This document shows positions 21,017 through 29,208 of a stretch of DNA of 64,000 bases, piece after piece. Below the pieces are notes generated by a model. The model saw only the letters and a list, made by a program, of their open reading frames with translations, made no database searches and was not told where the DNA came from. Origin of the DNA: Minisyncoccota bacterium (GTDB lineage Bacteria > Patescibacteriota > Minisyncoccia > Phycocordibacterales > Phycocordibacteraceae). The stretch lies in contig DASZVH010000004.1 in NCBI GenBank assembly GCA_035547315.1, forward strand, positions 76,108-140,107. Direction: 5' to 3'. The translations under genes were made by a program, and so were the position numbers. Position 1 is the first letter of the stretch. Every line of letters begins with the position of its first letter.

Positions 21017-21037
21017 AGTGATTCTCTGAACGCGAGG

Positions 21038-22240
21038 CTACGCGGCGACGCGGTATTTGCGCGTCTCGCCGCCCATGGCGACCCGCGCCTGGATCTTCCC
21101 CCAGTGGGGAGAATCGCGGCCGATCGTCATAGGGACTTCCCAGTCTTCGCGCGTGAGCTTGAGGACCGTCTGGGCCGGCGGGAGCTCGAAGGCCCTCCGA
21201 GCGTTTTCCGAAAGGAAGCCGCTCAGGTGTTGGAGACGGCCCCGCTCGGCAAAGCGCTCGACGACATACGAGATAGTCGCCTGGGGGATCTGCGTCTGGC
21301 CGCCAAGGACGATACCGTCCTTGTTGATCTTCACGCCGGTGGCGCGCGCCGTGTCGTCGACATGGCATGCGTCGTCGGCGCCGAAGTGCCAGAACGGCTC
21401 TCCTGAGACCATCGCGTCCTCGACCGCCTGTTGGTCGGAGGAGAGGCCGAAGATCGGCAAGCAGAAGGGATGTACATTGAGCGCGGTGCCGCCCTTGCCG
21501 TCCTCGAAGAGATCGTCGATGCAGTACTGGGTGTAGTGCGGCGCGATCTCGCCGAAGATGTTGTAGCCCTTCTTCCTCAGGTAGCGGATGATCTCGAGGG
21601 TCGAGGCGCGGGAGACATGGCAGATATTCACCCATGCCTCAGGCACGGCGTCGTAGATCTGCATCAGGTCCCGCTCGATCGACTCCGGCTCGCGCATAAG
21701 GAAATTGACGCGGCGCCCCGAGCGGTAATACTTCCGCTCGAAGTGGCCCATCAGCATGAAGTGCTGCTGGCTGTACACGCGGCGTCCCATATCGTTCATG
21801 GCTCGCACGAAGGGGATGATCTTACTGACATCGTCCACATCTCTGCCGTTGCTGTTGCTCGCGGCCTTGATGAAGACTTTCACTGCATCCACGGCCCGCC
21901 TTTCTTCAGGCTGATCGAACCCGGCGATGAGGTCGTTCGGATCGGTCTTCTCCGTGAGCAGGGGCGCGACCAGGATCTGGAGCGGCGCGCCCTCCGGCAC
22001 GAACGACTGCCAGCGCTTCTTCTTTGCGCCGGCGAGCGCTGCGGTCGTGAGCGCCGTCGCGGTATTGCCCATGCCGATGATCGTCTCGAAGACTTTGGCG
22101 AAGCGCGGGACGAGCATTTCGGTGCGCCCGTCCTTGTCTTCGTCATCGTCGCGCGGATGCGTATGAGTATTGAAGATCCCCGGGATGGAGATCTCGGCAG
22201 GATAATGGGTCGCATCTGCGACCGGGTGGCCCAAGGACAT
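21038..22240 (-). CDS. pyrC: dihydroorotase
   Basis: MSLGHPV...IPGIFNTHTHPRD..., PHYTQY, FGADDACHV motifs; start cat 22238-22240 with AAGGGGG RBS; upstream part of track ORF 21038..22507 is spurious extension. Confidence 0.8.
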   Translation of the reverse strand: MSLGHPVADATHYPAEISIPGIFNTHTHPRDDDEDKDGRTEMLVPRFAKVFETIIGMGNTATALTTAALAGAKKKRWQSFVPEGAPLQILVAPLLTEKTDPNDLIAGFDQPEERRAVDAVKVFIKAASNSNGRDVDDVSKIIPFVRAMNDMGRRVYSQQHFMLMGHFERKYYRSGRRVNFLMREPESIERDLMQIYDAVPEAWVNICHVSRASTLEIIRYLRKKGYNIFGEIAPHYTQYCIDDLFEDGKGGTALNVHPFCLPIFGLSSDQQAVEDAMVSGEPFWHFGADDACHVDDTARATGVKINKDGIVLGGQTQIPQATISYVVERFAERGRLQHLSGFLSENARRAFELPPAQTVLKLTREDWEVPMTIGRDSPHWGKIQARVAMGGETRKYRVAA

Positions 22241-22307
22241 GATTGCCCCCTTTCTGTATGGCCGTTGCGATAAGGACTGCGAATCCGGGCGGAATCTACC
22301 ACGGGAA

Positions 22308-22346
22308 CGGGCAAAAAGAAACGCCGCGGGGCAAGGCCCCGCGGCG
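22308..22346 (-). terminator. rho-independent terminator downstream of pyrD-like gene
   Basis: On minus strand: gccgcggggc-ctt-gccccgcggc hairpin followed by GUUUCUUUUUG. Confidence 0.45.
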
Positions 22347-22352
22347 CTGCAT

Positions 22353-23303
22353 TCAATAGGATTTACCAGCCAACTCATGGCCGCGCTCGATGATAGAGCG
22401 CACGCGCCAGGGCCGGAGCATCGCGACCGTCGTGAAGAAGATCGAGTCGGCGCCTGCTTCGCGGATAAGATCCACGTCGCTTGGCCGCATGATCCCGCCA
22501 CCGCCATTGATGTAGGTCGTGGCGTCGAGTGTGCGGAATCTCCGTATCCAATCCGCGACTAAAGGAGCGAGGCCGCTGCCCGAGAGACCGCCTTTCCCAT
22601 AGTCGCGCTTCTCGAGCGGAGAGCCATTGGGATAGACCAAACTCCAGCTGATATCGTGCGGCATCTCGCCGAACGGGATCGTATTGGTGAGGCAGAGCCC
22701 AGCGCACTCATGCATCTGGGCGATCTCTGCCGCGGCCTCTGGAGCGACGGTGAGATTGATCTTCACCACGATGGGGATCCCGAGCTTTGCAAGGATGGGG
22801 AGAAGGCGTTTTGCCTTTTCCACAATCTTTGAGAGATCGGCACCGACGTTCGGACACGTGAGATTGAACTGCAGCGCCACAAAGCGGCTCTCGAAGCTCC
22901 GCAGCGCAATCTTAAGCTCGATCGCGAACTCCTCGGTCTCACGCTCTTGTTCCTCGTCCGTCTTGCCGATTGGCATGAAGGAGACGAAGAAGGGTTCGGC
23001 GATGTGCTGCCAGCGCTCCGTAGCGAGGAAGGCTTTGATTCCGGGATTCGAAAGGCCAACGGCATTGAGCGCACGTCCGCCAATCACGCGGGCATCGATA
23101 CAGTCGGGGAAGAGTGCGTATGGCTGGTAATCCGCCGTAAGCAGCATGTTGCCTTTGTTTGGAAAGGCGGTAATCGTCTTTGCGACGAGCGTCGAGCCCT
23201 TGAAGGAGAGGTTCGGTACCAGCTTATGGAACCAATAGCCCTCTCCTGAAAAGCCGCGTACGCCGCAGCCGTCCCAGACGGGGCCGAAAATACGAAGATC
23301 CAT
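22353..23303 (-). CDS. pyrD: dihydroorotate dehydrogenase family protein (class 1-like, Cys active site NLTCPN)
   Basis: ALNAVGLSNPG and FNLTCPNVG motifs; start cat 23301-23303 with AGGAGA RBS; track ORF extension to 23438 runs into tRNA and is rejected. Confidence 0.6.
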   Translation of the reverse strand: MDLRIFGPVWDGCGVRGFSGEGYWFHKLVPNLSFKGSTLVAKTITAFPNKGNMLLTADYQPYALFPDCIDARVIGGRALNAVGLSNPGIKAFLATERWQHIAEPFFVSFMPIGKTDEEQERETEEFAIELKIALRSFESRFVALQFNLTCPNVGADLSKIVEKAKRLLPILAKLGIPIVVKINLTVAPEAAAEIAQMHECAGLCLTNTIPFGEMPHDISWSLVYPNGSPLEKRDYGKGGLSGSGLAPLVADWIRRFRTLDATTYINGGGGIMRPSDVDLIREAGADSIFFTTVAMLRPWRVRSIIERGHELAGKSY

Positions 23304-23374
23304 CGGATGTCTCCTATGCACAATCCGCTCGCACGCTAGCACGGAAGCGGAGAGGGTGTAAAGTGAGTTCGTTC

Positions 23375-23447
23375 CCGCCCCTAGCTCAATGGTTAGAGCA
23401 CCGAGCTTATACCTCGGCGGTTCTTGGTTCGAGTCCAAGGGGGCGGA
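23375..23447 (+). tRNA. tRNA-Ile (anticodon UAU)
   Basis: Hand-folded cloverleaf: acceptor CCGCCCC/GGGGCGG, D GCTC-AATGGTTA-GAGC, anticodon stem CCGAG/CTCGG loop CUUAUAC, T-arm CTTGG-TTCGAGT-CCAAG, discriminator A; CCA not encoded. Confidence 0.7.
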
Positions 23448-23449
23448 CT

Positions 23450-24025
23450 ATGCCGCACTTCATCCTCGCGCAGTCGTATCTCCTCCTCGCGATCCTCGCC
23501 TTGCTCGAGGGGCCTTTCGTCGCCATCGCCTGCGGGGTGGGGGTGGGGCTCGGCTATTTCAATCCGCTCGCGGCCTACGGCATCTTGGTGGCCGGCAGCA
23601 TCATCCCCGACTTCTTCTATTACTCGATCGGGCGCTATGCCCGGAGCATCCCGGCGGTCGAACGCTTCGCGCTGCGCACGCGCCTGATCCGCGAGGTCTA
23701 CCTGCCGCTCAAGGAGCTCTGGCGCGAGAGCCCGCTCTTCATGCTCGCGCTCGGCAAGCTCGCCTACGGCATCACGCCGCCCATCACGATCACCTCCGGG
23801 CTCGCCGAGGTCCCGCTCCCGCGCTTCGCCTACGCCTCCTTCCTGGCGGGGACGATCCTCTACGGCGCGCTCGGCTGTCTCGGCTTCCTCCTCGCGCGCC
23901 TCTACGGCTTCGTCGACCTCAAGACGGGCGCCGCGCCCTATCTGGTCGGCGCCGCGGGCCTCGGCTGCTTCGCGCTGCTCGTGTTCCTCATGCGGGCGGC
24001 GCGGCGGCGCCTCGGCCGCGGCTAG
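23450..24025 (+). CDS. DedA/VTT-domain family membrane protein
   Basis: MPHFILAQSYLLLAILALLEGPFVAIACGVG...GSIIPDFFYYSIGRYA; start ATG only 2 nt after tRNA-Ile. Confidence 0.6.
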   Translation: MPHFILAQSYLLLAILALLEGPFVAIACGVGVGLGYFNPLAAYGILVAGSIIPDFFYYSIGRYARSIPAVERFALRTRLIREVYLPLKELWRESPLFMLALGKLAYGITPPITITSGLAEVPLPRFAYASFLAGTILYGALGCLGFLLARLYGFVDLKTGAAPYLVGAAGLGCFALLVFLMRAARRRLGRG

Positions 24026-24645
24026 GTGCGCGGGTCGCGTTTCGGCCACTCTTCGAGGCGGCCGGCCTTGAGTTCCATCGCGTCGGCGCGCCGCAGATAC
24101 GCGCGCTCCTTGCCGGGCAGGAGCCGGTAGTGGGGGAGCGCGTTCAAGAGATCGTCGAGCTCCCAGAGGTCCTCCGCGCCCGCGAGCCAGTCGAGCTTCA
24201 CGCGATCCAGATTGAGCGGCCGCGAGTAGCTCTCGAGCGTCTTCACGCCGCTCGTGTTGAGGAACCACTCGTGGAAATAGGAGAGCGCGAGCTCGCGCAG
24301 CGTCTTGTAGGCCGGGTCGCGGTAGCGGATGGTCGCGTGATTGGTCTTGGAGATCGCGCCCCAGCGCCCGCGGCGCTTATAGAGCGCGACGACGTGGTCC
24401 ACGTCGCCCGCGCCCTCGACCGCGTAGAGGTCCATGATCAGAGGCGGTTTGCCGTGGCGCTTCAAGGCCGCGGCGGCGATGAGCGCGCCCTCGATGCAAT
24501 GGGCTTTGCGCGCAGAGAGCGCCGCGAGGGCGCTCCGATGCGTCTCTCCCGACTTCTCCCAGTTCATCGGGAGGCGGTCGAGAAAGTCTTGTATCTTGGC
24601 GGGCGTGTCGAGCGTGTCGAGGAGCGCTAAGCCGGGCCGTGCCAT
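24022..24645 (-). CDS. hypothetical protein, possible Cys-His cysteine-peptidase-like fold
   Basis: SARKAHCIEGALIAAAALK...VDHVVALYKRRGRWGAISKTNH; function not recognised. Confidence 0.35.
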   Translation of the reverse strand: MARPGLALLDTLDTPAKIQDFLDRLPMNWEKSGETHRSALAALSARKAHCIEGALIAAAALKRHGKPPLIMDLYAVEGAGDVDHVVALYKRRGRWGAISKTNHATIRYRDPAYKTLRELALSYFHEWFLNTSGVKTLESYSRPLNLDRVKLDWLAGAEDLWELDDLLNALPHYRLLPGKERAYLRRADAMELKAGRLEEWPKRDPRT

Positions 24646-24685
24646 GCCGCCAGCATAGCAGGCGGCATGGTCCGCCTCGATGAAG

Positions 24686-27600
24686 CTACCAGAACCGGCT
24701 CTGCAGCAGGCTCTTGGTCAGCGGCCCGACGGCGCCCACCGCGGCGAGGCCGTTGGCCTGCTGGAAGGCGGCGAGCGCGGACTCGGTGATCGAGCCGAAG
24801 TATCCCGTCACGCTCGTCTTGAAGTAGCCGAGCTTGGAGAGGATCTGCTGGAGCGTCATGACGTCCGCGCCGCTCGCGCCCATCGCGAGCCCGCGCGAGA
24901 CGGGCAGGGCGGAGATCTGGTTCACCACGAAGCGCAGCGTGCCGTCCCAGTAGAGGTCTTCCGTGCCGGTGCCCGGGATGAAGCCCTGCGAGTCGAATTT
25001 GTTGAACATGCCGCCCTCCGCGGGATAGACGACGCCGTCGTAGGTGAGCGACTGCACGTAGAGGTTGATGTCGTGGCCGTCCTTGGTGTAGCCGTCGTTA
25101 ATGAACTGGATGTCGACGGTCTGCGCGTCCGGATACGAGCCGGTGTAGGAGACGTCCTTCCACTGGTCTTGCGCGTGGTTCGCGGTCACGGTCTGGATGC
25201 CGCCGACCTGCGCGCCGTTCACGTAGACCTTGAACTGCGGGCTGTAGTCGCCCGAGACGTGGAAGGAGAAGGTATCCTGCGCCGCCGCCTTGATCGTCAC
25301 CGTCGCGCTGCCGCTCGCCTGGCCGCCGGCGCCGGTGCAAGTGAGGGTGTAGGTCTGCGGGCTCGTGATGCCGTTGAAGGTCTGCGAGCCGCTTGTCGCC
25401 TTGGAGCCGTTCCAGTCGCCCGAGGCGATGCAGGAGTTCGCGTCGGTCGAGGACCAGCTGACCTTGCTCGAGCCGCCGGAGGAGACCTGGCTCGGATCGG
25501 CGGCGATGGTGACCGTAGGCGCCGCCGCCTGCGAGACCGTCACGGTCGCCGCGGCGTTCGCCGAGCCGTTCGAGCCGGTGCAGAGCACGGTGTAGGTGGT
25601 GGTCTGTGCCGGCGTCACGCTCGCGCTCCCGGAGACCGCGCCGCCAGTGGAGAAGCCGGTGCCGCTGCAGCTGTCGGCCCCCGTCGAGCTCCAGGTGAGC
25701 GTCGAGGATTGGCCGGCGGCGATCGAGCTCGGGTTGGCCGAGAGGGAGGCGGTGGGCGGCGGGGGCGCACTGCCGAGCGCGAGCGCGGCGATCTCGCTCG
25801 CCGAGAGCGCGCGGTTGTAGAGGCGCACGTCGTCGATCAGGCCATTGGCGTAGCCGTTCTTGACGCTGCCCGAGGCGCGGCCGATGTAGGCGCCGGCGTT
25901 CGTGTCGTAGTAGGCGACCGGCGCGCTCTGCGCCTGCGAGGTCTCGAGCTTGCCATCGAGGTAGAGCGCGACCGTCGAGCCGTCCCAGGCGAGCGTCGCG
26001 TAGTGCCAGGAGCCGTTCGGGATGATGCTCGGGCCGGTGAGGTACTGGTTCGTCCCCTTATTACTGACCTCGCCCATCAGGTGCATCGGGGAGCCGCCCG
26101 CTCCCTCATAGAGGACGAGGCGGACGCCGCCGTTGTCGCTACCGTTGCCGCTGTTGAGCTTGACGAAGATAGGCCAGACGCTGTCTTGGCCGGTGGCGGG
26201 CGTGCTGACGTAGAACCAGCCGCCGATCGTGCCGGCGCTCGTGAGATTGATGAGCGAGTTGCCCGGGAGGGAGACATAGCTCGAGCCTCCAAGCGAGACC
26301 GCCTGAGCGATCTCGCCGGCGCCGAAGGTCGGGCCGTTCACGCCCTGGCCGTTGATGCCGTTGCCCGAAGCGTCCGCGAATGAGCCGTCAAAGGGCCACT
26401 CGGCGACGGGGCCGGAGCCGCCCCCGCCGCTGCCCGAGGAGACGCTCACCGTCGTCTGCGCGCTCGCCTGGCCGCCCGCGCCCGTGCAGGTGACGGAATA
26501 CGTCGTCGTCTGCGAAGGCGTGACGACCGCGCTTCCTGCAGCGGCGCCCCCGGTGGAGAAGCCGGTACCGGTGCAGGAGTCCGCGTTCGTGGAGCCCCAC
26601 GTGAGCGTGGAAGACTGTCCGCTCGTGATCGAGCTCGGGTTGGCCGAGAGGGAGGCGGTGGGGGCGGCGGCGCCGGAGTATTCGACGAGGTAATCCTCGA
26701 CGCTCCAGCCGTCGGGACTGTTGTCGTAGTCGATATCCCACCAGGTGTAGCCGTCGGCCGCGACGGGGCCGCCGATGACCGTGCCGAGCGCGCTCGGCGG
26801 CTGGGTGCCGAGCAGCGTGCCGGAGAGCGAGGGCGTCTGGCGGACGTTCAGCGTCTCCGTGGTCTCGACGCGCTCGCCGATCGTGAACTTGGTGCTGCCC
26901 GAGGAGACGCTCACCGTCGTCTGCGCGCTCGCCTGGCCGCCCGCGCCGGTGCAGTTCACCGTGTAGGTGGTGGTCTGGGCTGGCGTCACGCCTGTGCTCC
27001 CGGAGACCGCGCCGCCGGTCGAGAAGTTCGTACCCGCGCAGCTCGTCGCGTTGGTCGAGCTCCAAGTGAGGACGGCGGTCTGGCCCGCGGTAATCGAGGA
27101 AGGATTCGCCGAGAGGGAGGCGGTGGGGGGCGGAGTGCCGCCGCTGCCGGAAGGGATAATGTGGAACTTGAGCGCGCCGGCCAGATATGATGCTTGCATC
27201 GAGGCGAGATCCGGGAAGTTGGGGTGGAGCGGCAGGAGGGTGTTGTAGGCCTGGAGCGCGCTGGCGTTGCCGGTGGCGTTATACAGCTCAGCCTGCGCCA
27301 TGAGGCCGAGCTGGCCGTAGTCGCAGTACTCGCAATTGGCGAGCGAGTCCGGCGGGTTCTGCGCGCCGACCTTCGACCAGCTCGCAGGCGTAGTGAAGGA
27401 GAGGTTGTAGTTGACTCCCGAGGCCGGCTGCATGCCCTGGCTGCTGTTGAGGAAGCGCCCGGCAGACCAGTTCGCGATCCAGTTGAGGACCGTCTTCGCG
27501 TCGTTATCGCCGAACAGCGCCGCCTGCGCAACGGCGGTCATGAGGTAATCCTGCTGCCAAGGCGCCATCACGACGTTCGGCGGGTTGCTGCCTTCATAAT

Positions 27601-29134
27601 CGCCGGGGAGGTAACCATAGATCGAGCCCTCCTGGCTCTGCAGGGAGGAGAAGTTACTGATCCAGTTCTGGTAGTTGTTGTTGACGATTCCGGTCCAGTA
27701 GGACTTGTCGGCGCTTCCGTCCGGGTTGGCCCACATGGCCTCGTCGATCTGCCGCAGCGGCCAGGCTTGCCCGCGTACCTGATCGAGGAAGTTGATCATG
27801 AGCCCCTTGCCGTCGCCGCGATAGCCGTTCCAGGAAACGAGCTCGGAGAAGGTGGCTTGTGCGTTCAGCTGGTCGAGATCCCAGCGGCTGCCGGTGAGCA
27901 GGTACGGGACGAAGGAGAGATCCGGTTCGTGCGCATTGTCGAGGGTCCAGTCGGTTGCGCCGGTGAACTGCTTCAAGGTCGGGTTGCCGCGCGAGTCGGT
28001 CCAGAGCGTCGGATAATTCACGAGCGAAAGATAGTCGCCCGTGTTCGGGTCGAAGTAGTGCCAGGGCACGGTGCCGGCCGCGTCGGCTTGTGCGAGCGCG
28101 TACTTAGCGGCGGAGGCGTCTTGCGAGAGGAGCCAGTCGGCGTTCTGTGAGGTGGTGGGCCCGACATCAGGGCGGTCGCCGGTCGTGGGCATGTACTTGG
28201 CAATGCCGGCGGAGCTGAGCGGGCTGTAGCTCTCCGGAACGAAGCCCGAGGTATCGATCCCGTCGGCGATGTCGTAGTTGGGGATGGTGCCGGTCTTGAT
28301 GAGGTACGCGACGTCGTGCTGGACGTTCACGCCCGGCGCGCCGTTGGTCCAAAATTCCTCGTGCCACTGCTGATATTGATACTCGGTGAGCGTGCCCGAG
28401 TAGACGGTCGAGCCGTTTTGCGTGACGGTCGCGGTGTAGGAGACAGTGCCGCCGCTGCCCCCGTGCGGATCGTTGGAGGACCACGCGTAGTCGTTATCGA
28501 ACTGCACATCGGTGGAGTAGGTGCCGTCAGCGTACTCGGATATGTCGAAGACAAGGTGCATCGAGCTCGTGACCGGCGCGTCGACGCGCGCCTCGCTCAC
28601 CACCGGCCCTTGCCGCCAGTAGGAAGCCTTGCCCGCGTTGAGCGCGGCGGCCAGGAGCGACGCCGCGTCGAAGTGATAGGTCTTGCCCGAGATGACGAGA
28701 TCTACCGTGAAGCTGTAGCCCGGCATCGAGGAGAGGGAGATCGGGGTGCCGGCCGAGAGCGGGGAGAGCATCACCGGCGCGCTGCCGCTGATCGCCGGCG
28801 CGAGCACGGTCACGACGCCGAAGCGCGCGGAGCCGTCGGGATACTTGGTCTTGATATCCACCTGCGCGGGGACGGTGCTGCCGTTGACGGTCGCGGAGAG
28901 GCCGGAGTTCCCGGCGAGCGCGCCGTCGACGAAGGGCTGGCCGAATTCGACCTCGTGCGCGGGCAAGCTGCCGCCGTTGGGATTCTGGAAAATGAGGCCG
29001 ACGATCTGGCCGGCGCCGGCCTGCGGCACCGAGGGCGGGTAGAGTATCGCGGCATGCGTGATCGCCGGGACGGCGAGAGCAAGCGCTGCGGCGGCGCTAA
29101 TAAAAAAACGAAACGCGAGACGCGCTTGGTACAT
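24686..29134 (-). CDS. giant secreted multidomain surface protein: large N-terminal domain, 4 Ig-like repeats, SH3b-like, LamG/ConA-like, CBM-like, C-terminal peptidoglycan-binding domain
   Basis: Signal peptide MYQARLAFRFFISAAAALALAVPAITHAA (start cat 29132-29134); repeats PPTASLSANPSSI.AGQ...LTWSST...VTPAQTTTY.V.CTGAGGQASAQTTVSV; LamG motif IDDVRLYNRALSASEIAAL; C-terminal LQQILSKLGYF...YFGSITESALAAFQQANGL. Confidence 0.7.
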   Translation of the reverse strand: MYQARLAFRFFISAAAALALAVPAITHAAILYPPSVPQAGAGQIVGLIFQNPNGGSLPAHEVEFGQPFVDGALAGNSGLSATVNGSTVPAQVDIKTKYPDGSARFGVVTVLAPAISGSAPVMLSPLSAGTPISLSSMPGYSFTVDLVISGKTYHFDAASLLAAALNAGKASYWRQGPVVSEARVDAPVTSSMHLVFDISEYADGTYSTDVQFDNDYAWSSNDPHGGSGGTVSYTATVTQNGSTVYSGTLTEYQYQQWHEEFWTNGAPGVNVQHDVAYLIKTGTIPNYDIADGIDTSGFVPESYSPLSSAGIAKYMPTTGDRPDVGPTTSQNADWLLSQDASAAKYALAQADAAGTVPWHYFDPNTGDYLSLVNYPTLWTDSRGNPTLKQFTGATDWTLDNAHEPDLSFVPYLLTGSRWDLDQLNAQATFSELVSWNGYRGDGKGLMINFLDQVRGQAWPLRQIDEAMWANPDGSADKSYWTGIVNNNYQNWISNFSSLQSQEGSIYGYLPGDYEGSNPPNVVMAPWQQDYLMTAVAQAALFGDNDAKTVLNWIANWSAGRFLNSSQGMQPASGVNYNLSFTTPASWSKVGAQNPPDSLANCEYCDYGQLGLMAQAELYNATGNASALQAYNTLLPLHPNFPDLASMQASYLAGALKFHIIPSGSGGTPPPTASLSANPSSITAGQTAVLTWSSTNATSCAGTNFSTGGAVSGSTGVTPAQTTTYTVNCTGAGGQASAQTTVSVSSGSTKFTIGERVETTETLNVRQTPSLSGTLLGTQPPSALGTVIGGPVAADGYTWWDIDYDNSPDGWSVEDYLVEYSGAAAPTASLSANPSSITSGQSSTLTWGSTNADSCTGTGFSTGGAAAGSAVVTPSQTTTYSVTCTGAGGQASAQTTVSVSSGSGGGGSGPVAEWPFDGSFADASGNGINGQGVNGPTFGAGEIAQAVSLGGSSYVSLPGNSLINLTSAGTIGGWFYVSTPATGQDSVWPIFVKLNSGNGSDNGGVRLVLYEGAGGSPMHLMGEVSNKGTNQYLTGPSIIPNGSWHYATLAWDGSTVALYLDGKLETSQAQSAPVAYYDTNAGAYIGRASGSVKNGYANGLIDDVRLYNRALSASEIAALALGSAPPPPTASLSANPSSIAAGQSSTLTWSSTGADSCSGTGFSTGGAVSGSASVTPAQTTTYTVLCTGSNGSANAAATVTVSQAAAPTVTIAADPSQVSSGGSSKVSWSSTDANSCIASGDWNGSKATSGSQTFNGITSPQTYTLTCTGAGGQASGSATVTIKAAAQDTFSFHVSGDYSPQFKVYVNGAQVGGIQTVTANHAQDQWKDVSYTGSYPDAQTVDIQFINDGYTKDGHDINLYVQSLTYDGVVYPAEGGMFNKFDSQGFIPGTGTEDLYWDGTLRFVVNQISALPVSRGLAMGASGADVMTLQQILSKLGYFKTSVTGYFGSITESALAAFQQANGLAAVGAVGPLTKSLLQSRFW
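25289..27130 (-). repeat. four tandemly arranged roughly 80-codon Ig-like coding repeats within the giant protein gene (interrupted by SH3b and LamG domains)
   Basis: Repeated peptide PTASLSANPSSI..GQ..LTW.ST.A.SC.GT.FSTGGA..GS..VTP.QTTTY.V.CTG at ORF residues about 695-772, 849-928, 1151-1226, 1231-1308. Confidence 0.6.
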
Positions 29135-29208
29135 ACGCGGGCAAATAGGGGTGGGTAATAAGCACGCCCTCATCATACCGGGCGGAAAGTCCCGCAACAG
29201 GGCGTTTT

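Noticed and set aside
22353-23438. Track ORF extension of pyrD-like gene through 23438
   Set aside because: Upstream 45 codons overlap the tRNA-Ile gene on the other strand and lack an RBS; start with AGGAGA RBS at 23303 preferred.
24680-26383. 567-aa + strand ORF and other + ORFs to 29158
   Set aside because: Antisense of the giant surface-protein gene.
25289-27130. Tandem DNA repeats as mobile or satellite element
   Set aside because: They are in-frame coding repeats of Ig-like domains within one long ORF, not non-coding repeats.
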